Shown here piece after piece: positions 19,771 through 29,911 of a stretch of DNA of 64,000 nucleotides (the first letter of the stretch is position 1; the number at the start of each line of letters is the position of its first letter). The notes under the pieces are model-generated. The model searched no databases. It was not told where the DNA came from and worked only from the letters and a program-made list of their open reading frames with translations. The position numbers and the translations under genes are program-made. The stretch is from Nostoc sp. (lineage in GTDB: Bacteria; Cyanobacteriota; Cyanobacteriia; Cyanobacteriales; Nostocaceae), in NCBI GenBank assembly GCA_036918135.1, contig JBALDB010000060.1:2045-66044 (forward strand). Reading direction: 5' to 3'.

Positions 19771-20790
19771 CTATTGTGCATCAACAACCCGACCTGTTGA
19801 CACAAGTACTGACCTTTTTTGTTGACGTTTCACCACTCCTACTGCACTAAAAGCACCAATTGCCAACAATGTCCCCCACGGGGTGGTTGGTTCGGGAACA
19901 GACTTAGCCTCAATCGCCGCTAGTGCAGTGTCTGCTATCACCTTATGAGCGGCGGTGGTTGGGTGGAAACCGTCCCAGATCAAAAATTTGTTGTTTCCTG
20001 GCTGACATATATCTGGTCTAGATAGACAAGACTCGGTTACATTCGTAAAACCCAATGCGCTTGCTTGATTAAATAAAGAATGAATATCAATAGAAGTGAT
20101 GTTGAGATTCGGGTTTTGGTTCAAAACGCTCACAGTATTTGCTAAACCCAAGTTAAACTCACTACTCGATTTACTAAGGACTGTAGGGTTGCGACCGTCG
20201 ATTTTAGCTGCTGGTAGGTCTCCTAAATCTGGCAAGTTAAACACCAAAATATTTTTGGCACCGGCTCCTACAAGAGTATTCAACGCTAGGGATATATTAC
20301 TGATTGGCGTGGTGGAGTCTGTGGGATTAGTAAAAAGGAAATCATTGGCACCTCCCCATAATGTATAAAGTGCATTTGGGTCGGCAGTTTGATTATTTGC
20401 TTTTAAAGTTTGAGCAAAACCCAGAACTTGTTTAAGCACTCCCGGTAAACCTGAATCAGGAAGCACAGCATTATCTAAACCAGAGCTAGCACCACCTATA
20501 GCAAAATTTATCCCTTGGGTAGGAGGTGTGGAAGGAATAGTAGTGAATAAAGTAGGCTTTAATCCTAGCCGATCTCCGAAATAATCTACCCAGTTTGGGC
20601 CATCAGAAAAACGTCCCTGAAAGTAAGGTGGACTTTGAGGATATCCTTGAGCCGTCAAATTGTATACATTGCCTGTATCTGAAAGACTATCGCCAAATAC
20701 ATAAAGTCCATCAAAACTCGCAGCCGAGGCTTTGCTCGGTAACATGAAAGAAAATAGAACAAATCCTGCCGCTACAGCTTGTTTTTTCAT
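19771..20790 (-). CDS. GDSL/SGNH lipase-esterase with PEP-CTERM sorting signal
   Basis: Signal peptide; FGDSLSD, GRFSDG, GANDF, WDGFHPT motifs; VPEP-TM-basic C-terminus. Confidence 0.92.
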   Translation of the reverse strand: MKKQAVAAGFVLFSFMLPSKASAASFDGLYVFGDSLSDTGNVYNLTAQGYPQSPPYFQGRFSDGPNWVDYFGDRLGLKPTLFTTIPSTPPTQGINFAIGGASSGLDNAVLPDSGLPGVLKQVLGFAQTLKANNQTADPNALYTLWGGANDFLFTNPTDSTTPISNISLALNTLVGAGAKNILVFNLPDLGDLPAAKIDGRNPTVLSKSSSEFNLGLANTVSVLNQNPNLNITSIDIHSLFNQASALGFTNVTESCLSRPDICQPGNNKFLIWDGFHPTTAAHKVIADTALAAIEAKSVPEPTTPWGTLLAIGAFSAVGVVKRQQKRSVLVSTGRVVDAQ

Positions 20791-21075
20791 ATTTATTTTA
20801 TCTATGGTATTTTTAAGTTTGTTTAAAAGTAGTTAAGAAGTGATAATCTGACAATTTATCTGTTTTTGATTCACTTCAAAATCAGGCATATTCAATCAGT
20901 AAATTTACGTTATTATACTTACAGTATGCCTGAGAAATTCATCAAACATAGGTAAAAACGCTATAAATACTTAGAATTACATTTTCTTAATAAAAATTGA
21001 GGGCATTATAAAGAAGTAGCAAACTTTTGCTTTTAAAGATTCTATTTGTCTACTTTTGTGCTGTAGAGAAGATAA

Positions 21076-22479
21076 TTAGGTTGGCGATCGCTTTAACTTC
21101 AAAGCCTCAGTAGCCGATACACCCTCACCCTGAGTGCCAAAGTACCACAAAACCGTAGCCGCCTCAGCACGAGTTACTGGTTTTTTAGGTTGAAACAGGG
21201 TTGTATAGCCAAACACCCGGCGAATGTTTGATTGTTCGCCATTTTGAAAATCAGCTAATACTGCCCTTAAAGCCTGAGAATCAATTCGAGCTGCGTCTTG
21301 AAAACCCCAGGTTTGTTTGACCGCCTCCAAGTTAGCAGCGGGTAAAGCTTGGCGAGTATCTAAAGGTAATTTCCACAGCAACAACACCTCCCGTGTTAGG
21401 GGAGCATCAGGACGAAACAAAACAGCTGTAGAATCTCCAGATAAAGGACTGGAAATTAACCCAGCCTCAGCTAATCCCTGAATTGCTGGAAAATCAGGGT
21501 CTTTTGAGGATAGATCGCTAAAAGCCGGTTGAGTACTTTCCGATGCCAAGCGAATTTGCTTAGCTGAATTGTTGGCATACATAGTATTATTAGCAGCAAT
21601 TAGCCAACGGGCATATTCTCGACGTGTAACGATTTTACTGGGTTCAAATTGATTAGTTGTAGCAGCAGAATTGCTCTTAATTGTCTTTGGTTCTATAGAC
21701 AAAACACCTAAAGCAGCCAAATCTTGAATGTGTTGTCGCCATTCTTGTGGTACTTTATTGAGATCGTTGAATGTCTGAGATTCAGGTATAGCTGTAGGAA
21801 CTGGTTGGTTATTAGCCGTGCTTGGTGGCTGTGATGCCAAATTTGCAGGCGGTACAGGGCCGATGAACTGCGGATCTCCTGGTTGGGGAACGTCGTTAGT
21901 AATTTTGTTAGGATTTGTATTTGGAGTAGGTTGTGCTGTTGCAGTACTATTATTCGGTACGTACTCAATTAGTAATTGAGTAGCTGTTTGGGGTTGATTA
22001 GGTGTGGCGTTGGTAACTGATTGAGGCTGAATGGAAACTTTGAGTAAAGAATCGCTACGACGTGCCTCAAAGACACCTACTCCATCATCTGTTGGCTGTT
22101 GCAATATTTGCCAGTTATTTGTTTGCAACTGGCTACGATAAAAGCTAGCAATCAAGTTGCTTGGGTCAGAACTCAACCAACGAGTTGAGACTCTGTTTTC
22201 TGAAGCACTAGCAGGTTTAACTTCCTGTAATTTGGCATTGGTATATAGTGGAATATCTTGGGGAAAATCAGGTGGTAACTGAATTGTTGAGTCGTTTTGC
22301 TGTGCTTGTGATTGGTTACCTTGTGATTCTTCAAAGACAACCGGATTGTTTTGCAGTCTCGGATCTGCGGCCAAAGACTGCTCAAGGTTTTTGGCCGCTG
22401 GAGTGTTAGCACAGGCTGTTAACGAAGTGAATAAAACAGCCAAACTCAAAAATACAGCTGGACGTTTAGCAGGAAGCAC
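21076..22479 (-). CDS. SLH-domain lipoprotein
   Basis: Lipobox LTAC; SLH motifs (FEPSKIVTRREYARW, FRPDAPLTRE, FQPKKPVTRAEAA). Confidence 0.88.
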   Translation of the reverse strand: MLPAKRPAVFLSLAVLFTSLTACANTPAAKNLEQSLAADPRLQNNPVVFEESQGNQSQAQQNDSTIQLPPDFPQDIPLYTNAKLQEVKPASASENRVSTRWLSSDPSNLIASFYRSQLQTNNWQILQQPTDDGVGVFEARRSDSLLKVSIQPQSVTNATPNQPQTATQLLIEYVPNNSTATAQPTPNTNPNKITNDVPQPGDPQFIGPVPPANLASQPPSTANNQPVPTAIPESQTFNDLNKVPQEWRQHIQDLAALGVLSIEPKTIKSNSAATTNQFEPSKIVTRREYARWLIAANNTMYANNSAKQIRLASESTQPAFSDLSSKDPDFPAIQGLAEAGLISSPLSGDSTAVLFRPDAPLTREVLLLWKLPLDTRQALPAANLEAVKQTWGFQDAARIDSQALRAVLADFQNGEQSNIRRVFGYTTLFQPKKPVTRAEAATVLWYFGTQGEGVSATEALKLKRSPT

Positions 22480-23171
22480 AAGAAATCACAAATTGAGTTT
22501 CAGTTCCTACCCTAGCGCAAACTATTTATAAAATGGGGATGGGTACTAGGTGTTATACCAAACAGGTAATATACATCGGCAAGAAATTTTTCCAGTCATC
22601 AATACCGTATGTAGCACCACAATCTAGTCTCAAAAATTAGTAAACGGTAGCAGAAGCTACCGTGTTGTCTTTGTTTTACAGCCATTAGGTTTTGATAGTT
22701 CCCATGCTTATTTATAGATTTCCCTAAAATTCTGCCAAAGTAACATTTTTGGAAAAAAAATACAAAACAAACCAGAGTAGTTATCATCCAAAATTCTTAT
22801 ACTTTAATCATGTGGAAAATTTGGAATAGTTATGAATATTTTGGGTTGCTATAGGAAAAAATAATTAATAACTCGTTAAATAACAGTTTAACGACCAAAA
22901 GCTTGAATATACGCATAAATGCACTAGCTTAATGCGATCGCCAGCTACTCTAGTGATAGACTATGAATAAAGCCCCCCTTAGCCTCATCAAAAGAGGGGA
23001 ATCAACGAAATTGGCTAATGTTGGCTTAAAGTCAATTCTGAAGATTATTCATCTGACGATGGTAAGCTAAATAATGAATGTCTCAAAAATGCCAGTGTTA
23101 AGTAAGCAATTCCAGGAACTTAGCGTAAGTTTATAGTTCTTCAGGTAGGGTCATTAACAAACCAGTTAAGT

Positions 23172-23527
23172 GATTTTGGATTTGAGATTTTGCCAAAAGT
23201 TGAGCCAGTCCCTTGAGTTAGCAGCGCGCACAACAGATGGGTTCCCTCATGAGTGACCGCTGTGCATGGTTAAGAAACTTGTGAGAACTGGCATTGAGCG
23301 CTGGGTTCCAGCAATCAAAACTTTTAAAGACTGATTTTAGATTCAAACAAACCTTGTAACTGGGTTGTTGAGGATTTTAGTTCATGCTTCACCTACTTGG
23401 AGTGAGGTATGTAGCTTGCTTAAGAGTAGAGATACCAAAAAATCTAAAGCTTGATAGGGAAGCGTTAGCGACATAAAAGCGTCTGATTTGGCTTAGCTGC
23501 GCTATTGACAATCTAAAATCCAAAATT
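23172..23527. repeat. Composite repeat aggregate with inverted STRR-like ends
   Basis: ATTTTGGATTTGAGA (23173-23187, identical to 6155-6169) and AATCTAAAATCCAAAATT (23510-23527); internal GCCAGT..ACTGGC pair and GTAGCTTGCTT unit (23411-23421). Confidence 0.75.
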
Positions 23528-24259
23528 CTTAGTTAACTGTCGCGGCAGTTTTCCTAGTATCTATCAATATGATTCTCTAGGAAAGTGCTACTTGTACTGT
23601 AGTCAAGAGTTTCTTGGCAGTCTCGAAAGCAGTGAGTGCTTGCTTTAAAGGTGCGGCTCGGATGTTATCCAAAGCTTTCCCCAAGCAACCTATCCCTTAT
23701 TTTCTGCAATAGTGGAGTGGTTTTTTGAGGACGACCCCAAGAACGTGCGCTTCGGAATTTATGCAAACAGTAGTTACCTATGACTGTTTTCCAATCCTAA
23801 ATGATTGGATAGAAGTACAAAAGACACTTCATCCAATGCACTGGCACTCAAGAAAACCCTCTACATACTTGGTCTAAACAGTTAACAGTTACCTAATAGA
23901 TCGGATACAATTAGCATCTACGTTTGGTTCAGTGTTCCCTTGGTCAAAGCGAGTAATCAAATTCACATACTGCTGGATTAGCTGATTTGACATAGTATCA
24001 AAATTTTCACCTGCTGAGTCTGGCAAAAATTTTGATTCAGGGCAAACAAAGACTTCTATTCAAGGGCAAAAGTCTTTTTTGGAGATGAAGTTAGCCAAAA
24101 CAAGGCAAAAGGCTCAAAAAGATTTATCTTATGTCAAAAACGCAGATCTCATAGGAGTATGAAAAATCTAAAATAGATATTAAATTGAAGAAAAACGGAC
24201 GACCATCGACAACCATTAATTAATTTTACTTTTTGTAAAGCGTCGCCAGGTTGTTACCA

Positions 24260-25465
24260 GTGCTGAAACACGATTACATGCAAGTTTCCCAGGATCAGCC
24301 TATTTATTCCGAGGCTCCACTCCAGCTGCTACTTTTTGTCGATGGACGCCCAAAGTCCCGACAGCAGGTGCAGCGAATACGTGCTTACTTAAAAGAATTG
24401 CAGGCTGAGTACAGTTTTGAACTGCAAATTATCGATGTTGGTCAACAACCTTACTTGGCAGAACATTTTAAATTGATAGCAACGCCAGCATTAATCAAAA
24501 TCCATCCGGAACCACGGCAGATTCTAGCTGGGAGTAATATAATAGCGCAATTGAAAAATTGGTGGCCTCGCTGGCAAACTGCTATAGAGGCTTACTCAAA
24601 ATTACAGGAAGACTTACAAGAACGTATAGATGACAATGGTCGGATGACATTACCCAAATCTACGATCCGTTCGGTCGCTGTTTCTGCCGAACTCATCCGC
24701 CTCTCAGACGAAATTTTTCGCTTGAAACAGGAAAAAGAAAACCTTCAGGAGCAACTACAGTTTAAAGACCGAGTGATTGCTATGTTGGCACACGACCTGC
24801 GTAATCCCCTAACTGCTGCGGCGATCGCTATTGAAACTCTTCAGTCTAACTACAATCTAGAAACAGGTGAATTCCAGCGTCTTAAACCATCGATGACAGC
24901 GCATTTATTAAAACAAGCCCGCAGTCAAACTAAAATTATTGATAAGATGATTACCGACCTTTTAGAAGTAGGTCGCGGCAAAGATACAGAGATACCTATA
25001 TTACCACAAAAGGTACAACTAGGTAAACTGTGTTTAGATGTAATAGAAGAATTATGCGATCGCTGTACCAGCAAATCCCAACTAGTAGAAACAGATATTC
25101 CCAACGACTTGCCATACGTATATGCTGACCCAGAACGCATCCGCCAAGTGCTAGTAAATCTGTTGGATAATGCGATTAAATATACGCCAGAAGGTGGCAA
25201 GATTAGTATTGCTGGATTACACCGCACCACCCAAAAAGTTCAGTTCAGTATTGGGGACACGGGGCCTGGTATTCCTGTAGAAAATCGCGATCGCATCTTT
25301 GAAAACCACTTCCGTTTGCAACGGGATGAAGGTACAGATGGTTACGGCATCGGTCTTTGTTTATGCCAACGTATCATCCGGGCGCATTATGGTCAAATTT
25401 GGGTAGACTCAGCTCCTAATAGCGGAGCATGGTTCCACTTCACACTACCAGTTTATCCTTGTTAG
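24260..25465 (+). CDS. sasA: Circadian clock output histidine kinase SasA
   Basis: N-terminal KaiB-like domain ([35 protein letters not shown]) fused to HisKA (AHDLRNPLT) and HATPase; start uncertain (24251/24260/24278). Confidence 0.93.
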   Translation: MLKHDYMQVSQDQPIYSEAPLQLLLFVDGRPKSRQQVQRIRAYLKELQAEYSFELQIIDVGQQPYLAEHFKLIATPALIKIHPEPRQILAGSNIIAQLKNWWPRWQTAIEAYSKLQEDLQERIDDNGRMTLPKSTIRSVAVSAELIRLSDEIFRLKQEKENLQEQLQFKDRVIAMLAHDLRNPLTAAAIAIETLQSNYNLETGEFQRLKPSMTAHLLKQARSQTKIIDKMITDLLEVGRGKDTEIPILPQKVQLGKLCLDVIEELCDRCTSKSQLVETDIPNDLPYVYADPERIRQVLVNLLDNAIKYTPEGGKISIAGLHRTTQKVQFSIGDTGPGIPVENRDRIFENHFRLQRDEGTDGYGIGLCLCQRIIRAHYGQIWVDSAPNSGAWFHFTLPVYPC

Positions 25466-25497
25466 TTATACCTCATGCCCTGTTTAGCCAATGATAA

Positions 25498-26523
25498 CTA
25501 AGGACTTGAGACAAAGCGATCGCGCCCTCCTGCTTTTGCTTGGTAAAGTGCTTTATCTGCCCGCACAATCAAATCTAAAGGTGAGGATTCCCAAGTAGGG
25601 ACAACAGTTGCTACACCCATACTTAAAGTGACATACTGACTCACCGCAGAACCGTCATGAACAATTTGCAAATCTCTGACTGCTGCTTGCATCGTTGCGG
25701 CAACATGAACTGCACCAGATGCATGAGTATACGGCATAATTACAGCAAATTCTTCGCCACCATAACGCGCTACTAAATCCTGATGTTTTTGCGCCTTTTT
25801 ATTTAAGATAGCACCCACTTTTTGTAAACAGACATCGCCAGCAGGATGACCATATTTATCATTATAAAATTTAAAAAAATCGATATCACACAAAATTAGT
25901 GACAGGGGACATGCCTCCTGTGCCAAATTAATCCATTGAGTATTAAGATAATCGTCAAAGCGACGACGATTCGGTAACTCAGTTAAACCATCTACATTGG
26001 CGAGGTGCTGCAAAGCTTGGTTTGCGGCCTCTAACTGTTTGTAAACTTGCGCTTGCTGTAGCAGTCGGCGCAATCGCTGACGCAAAACAGGCCAGTGAAT
26101 TGGCTTAGTAACGTAATCAGTCGCTCCTGCTTCAAAAGCACGGTCTACAGATTCTTCATCATCTAAGCATGTGATCATCAAGATGGGAGTTCGCTCCCAT
26201 ATTTTGGAAATTACAGTATTGCCAAGCACAGAGTCAGTATCAAAGGTTGCGAGTGCTGAGATTAAATTATTTCTGGCAATCTGGAGCAACTGCTTACAGC
26301 AAGTAAAGCCATCCATCACCGGCATTACAGCATCCAGCAAAACTATATCTGGTTTAATTGTCTCGTAAGCATCTAAACATTGCTTGCCATCATTGACCTC
26401 AACCACTCGATAACCTTCTTGTTCCATAGCTTTACGCAACAACACTCGAATGGTTTTGTCGTCATCAGCCACTAGAATCAGTGGCGGTTGCTTTGAAAGA
26501 GAAAATGGACTTATGCCTGACAT
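25498..26523 (-). CDS. PleD-type response regulator diguanylate cyclase (REC-GGDEF)
   Basis: REC (ILVADDD, VLLDAVMP, DYVTKP); DGLTELPNRR, CDIDFFK, ARYGGEEF. Confidence 0.93.
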   Translation of the reverse strand: MSGISPFSLSKQPPLILVADDDKTIRVLLRKAMEQEGYRVVEVNDGKQCLDAYETIKPDIVLLDAVMPVMDGFTCCKQLLQIARNNLISALATFDTDSVLGNTVISKIWERTPILMITCLDDEESVDRAFEAGATDYVTKPIHWPVLRQRLRRLLQQAQVYKQLEAANQALQHLANVDGLTELPNRRRFDDYLNTQWINLAQEACPLSLILCDIDFFKFYNDKYGHPAGDVCLQKVGAILNKKAQKHQDLVARYGGEEFAVIMPYTHASGAVHVAATMQAAVRDLQIVHDGSAVSQYVTLSMGVATVVPTWESSPLDLIVRADKALYQAKAGGRDRFVSSP

Positions 26524-27306
26524 GAATTACGTTCTACTTGCGAGACTATCCTGAAAAAGGTTGGGCAACTCGATCGCAAGGGAGCGATCGCTGTTTTGAT
26601 CGATCCCAGCATCTGTAACAAGGGTGTTTTTGGCTTGATAATTAACTGTTTTTTGAGAATAGACTGCTTAATGTTATTGAGGCAAGCAAGCGGTAGATAA
26701 ATAAGTTGCATATACAATCTACAATTGGAACACAAAGGCAATTACTACCTGTTTATTAGGATATAATTATGGTAGGAAATGTTACTGTTATATTTCCCTA
26801 TTATTAAAGTCAAAATTACAATTTTTTTGAGAATTACAAATCGACACCTTAATTATTTAATTTTGTATTTGGTTTATTAACTTAATCAGATAGGGCAAAC
26901 TAATTGCTAAACTGCCTTTAGAAGATAGCTAATACTAAATACTAATATCAGTTGACTTTAATTACTAAAGTTAATAATGATTACCTATAATTAGTATAAT
27001 TACATAAAATTTATATTAAAGTATGTGTAAAGCTTTATTTTCTTCTTATTCACTAGTAAAAAATAAGTAGAAAGTATTAGACTAATTAAGACTGCTATGT
27101 ATACCAAGTGAATTAAAGGTTAGGACATCTTGAAAGCCTGGATGTTAGGAATAGTAATGTTTTACCTCCTGCCTCCAGCAAGAACTGCCTTGTCTTCGAC
27201 ACGCTACGCGAACTGCCTCCTGCTATAATTTTTCTTTTTATCTAAAATTAACTATAAAATTTTTGTAGAAAAATCAAAATCTATCTAAATTCACTAAATT
27301 TTAAAA

Positions 27307-27567
27307 ATGCCAGACCCACTCATGTATCGGCAGGATAACTTTGTTGTTTTAGAAACAAATCAACCAGAACAATTTTTGACACCATTAGAGTTATTAGAAA
27401 AGCTCAAAACAACTCTCCAACAACTAAAAATTCAAGATTTGCCACCTGACTTGCAAAAGTTTAATACTGTTGAGGCTCAAGCGCAATATTTACTAGATAC
27501 CAGTTGCGAATTAGATATTGGTTCTGGAGAATATTTACAGTGGTATGCAGTTCGTCTAGAAAAGTAA
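27307..27567 (+). CDS. crr7: Chlororespiratory reduction protein 7 (NDH-1 assembly factor family)
   Basis: FVVLETNQPEQFLT..ELLEKL and CELDIG.GEYLQWYAVRLEK motifs. Confidence 0.85.
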   Translation: MPDPLMYRQDNFVVLETNQPEQFLTPLELLEKLKTTLQQLKIQDLPPDLQKFNTVEAQAQYLLDTSCELDIGSGEYLQWYAVRLEK

Positions 27568-28045
27568 TACCATTTTAGGTTTTAGTATTTTAGATTTATG
27601 CTGAGGGAACGTGGTGAGTCCATTCTTGTTTGCACAGCATCTTCATAAGCAGAAGGAAGGTTTTTCTCCGTAGGGAACTACCCTTAGTGCAGCTCAGTTC
27701 GATGCGACAAAAAGTTGTGACACAACTTTTAAAGACAGCAGCTTCACCCAAAAGCATTGGAAAGCGCTTTATACATTTGAATTTTGTAATATTATTTGTC
27801 GAATCCTTCTTCAAATTGGTATAAGAAACTTCTAAATAAAAATATCCCACTGTCAACACTCAGTAACTTAAAGATAATTTATTTTTTATAGTTGCCTAAC
27901 TTTTCATTCACGGGTGAACAAAGAGGTAGAGAATGGGAAGACATGAAGACAAGCGGACAACTTACAACAAGTCTTACCCCTGCTCCTCTACCTGTTGTTC
28001 CCTACTGTATAGTCTCTAATCCTCAATGGTTAACGAGAATTTATG

Positions 28046-28618
28046 TTATTGACTATTGACTATTAACTCTTTTTGAGAATTTTTTATGAATGCCACTTCA
28101 ATTTTATTTTCAGATGGTTGGGTTATTTGAATCTCCACCGCCGGACCAAAATATTTGGTCATCTTTTCTTGCTTTTGTTGCCATAGGTCAATTGGTATTA
28201 GTGGTGAATCAAATTCTAGAATTAGGGCATAGCTTCCATTGACTTCTGTTTCTCGTAACCCTGTGACTATTGGTCGTTCTTCATCGCTGGGGCTCAAACC
28301 CAAAAAGTCAAGTGTTGTATCGAAATGGGCATCTTGACCATAGCAATATCGAGTGATATCTTTGCGAATTTTATTTTGAGTTACAGTTGCTTGCTGCTGG
28401 CGTAATATTAATGTTGATGGTGACGTAGGTTGGCTAAACGGTATTGGCTTGAGTTCATTAGCTTTCAGTGCTAGCCCCCCCAATAATAGAGGAATCCCGT
28501 AAAAAAATCCGACAAGATTGAGTGTTGCATTATCAGAAGCATAGGCAACGAAGCCAATAATGGTTAATATGCTACCGATAGTTAAACCGAGTGTTCCCAA
28601 AGAGATTTGGCGTAGCAT
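28046..28618 (-). CDS. DUF2854 family thylakoid membrane protein
   Basis: Two N-terminal TMs, YGIPLLLGGLALK..EL, DITRYCYGQDAH, YFGP motifs. Confidence 0.85.
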   Translation of the reverse strand: MLRQISLGTLGLTIGSILTIIGFVAYASDNATLNLVGFFYGIPLLLGGLALKANELKPIPFSQPTSPSTLILRQQQATVTQNKIRKDITRYCYGQDAHFDTTLDFLGLSPSDEERPIVTGLRETEVNGSYALILEFDSPLIPIDLWQQKQEKMTKYFGPAVEIQITQPSENKIEVAFIKNSQKELIVNSQ

Positions 28619-28976
28619 GAGCTTAGATAAGTATAAATGTGCTAATACCTCATACCATTTCTAAAAATTTTGTAACTAATGAATTGCCGTAAGGGTTTAC
28701 AGTTATTTGTATGCCCCTACAAACGTAGTTGTAGTAGGAATTTTATGAAATGGTATCAGTTTTATTATCATCGGCTATGAGTAACAAATTAGGGAAGAGC
28801 ATTAGCCTATCTTCTTTGCAGCATTCTCAATTAGCCACCTACCCTGCAATATTCCAAATCAACTCAAGTGAATTAAAACCCTTTCTCGGTCTTGTATTGA
28901 CTTAACTTAGTGTTCCCCAATGTTGGATTATGAGTTAAGTTTAAACTTAAAGGTACTTAAACACGAAGAAAAAATA

Positions 28977-29156
28977 ATGGACTTACAGACCATAAAAGAA
29001 CGAATTGCTGTGGTGGAAAGTAAGCGGGACTACTTGCTGAGCTTACTGGAACAACCAAATCTAGGAACTTTAAGGATTGACGTAAATCAGGCTTTAGAAG
29101 AATTGGATGAGTTAATTGATGAATTTAGGCGGTTCGTTCCAGAAAAAGAAATATAG
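28977..29156 (+). CDS. Small conserved helical protein
   Basis: 59 aa, LLEQPNLGTLRIDVNQALEELDELI motif; start placed at ATG 28977. Confidence 0.75.
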   Translation: MDLQTIKERIAVVESKRDYLLSLLEQPNLGTLRIDVNQALEELDELIDEFRRFVPEKEI

Positions 29157-29306
29157 CTAGTTAGATTTAGCACTAAGTATAAAATATCGAAAATAGCGTC
29201 GGTGTAAACTTGAAGTTCGGGATATACCGACGTTTCGCAGTAATATAATGTCTTCAATTTCCTAGAATTGAGCTAAGACCGGGTTGGTAATGCTATAGAT
29301 AGTCAT

Positions 29307-29735
29307 TCACTGTATGACAGGCCCATCTCCTACACGGTTACCTAACTGCCTAACTAAAGCAATAAGTTCGGAGGTAGGTACATCTTTTCTACAAACATTA
29401 TCAAAGCGAGACATTTTATTTGTATCGTAATTTACATCTTCCACTGAAGAGTAAGCAAGGATTTGAGTACTCGGAGATATAGCTTTAATTTGACTAGAGG
29501 CACTCCAGCCATCCATAACTGGCATCTGTAAGTCTAGAACAATTACATCAGGCTGGCAAAGTTTAACCATTTCTATAGCTTCTTGACCATTACTGGCTAA
29601 GCCTACTACCTGGATATTTTCTTGGCAAGAAAAAACTAATTGTAAGGTTAAACGAGTAAGTTCGTGATCGTCAACTACTAGAACACGCAAGGTAGAAGTC
29701 TCACAGGATAACATTAACATTGGGGCTAAAGACAA
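29307..29735 (-). CDS. Single-domain response regulator (receiver only)
   Basis: VLVVDDH, VIVLDLQMPVMDG; no DNA-binding domain. Confidence 0.9.
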   Translation of the reverse strand: MSLAPMLMLSCETSTLRVLVVDDHELTRLTLQLVFSCQENIQVVGLASNGQEAIEMVKLCQPDVIVLDLQMPVMDGWSASSQIKAISPSTQILAYSSVEDVNYDTNKMSRFDNVCRKDVPTSELIALVRQLGNRVGDGPVIQ

Positions 29736-29911
29736 AATTAGTTACAATAACCCCTCTAGTCTATGAGAATAAGTGCCAGCACTTACTCTATCCTATGGTT
29801 GAATAACTTGTATAAACCTATGACAAGTAACTTAGATAACTTTTTAAAAAATTAAAATTTCTTAAAAAAAACCTAAGTCGATCTAGTTCTAAAAATATAA
29901 GAACTTATTTT

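Noticed and set aside
24022-24110. Four GGCAAA hexamers upstream of sasA as regulator sites
   Set aside because: Irregular spacing (19, 24, 39 bp) and a short motif; compatible with chance.
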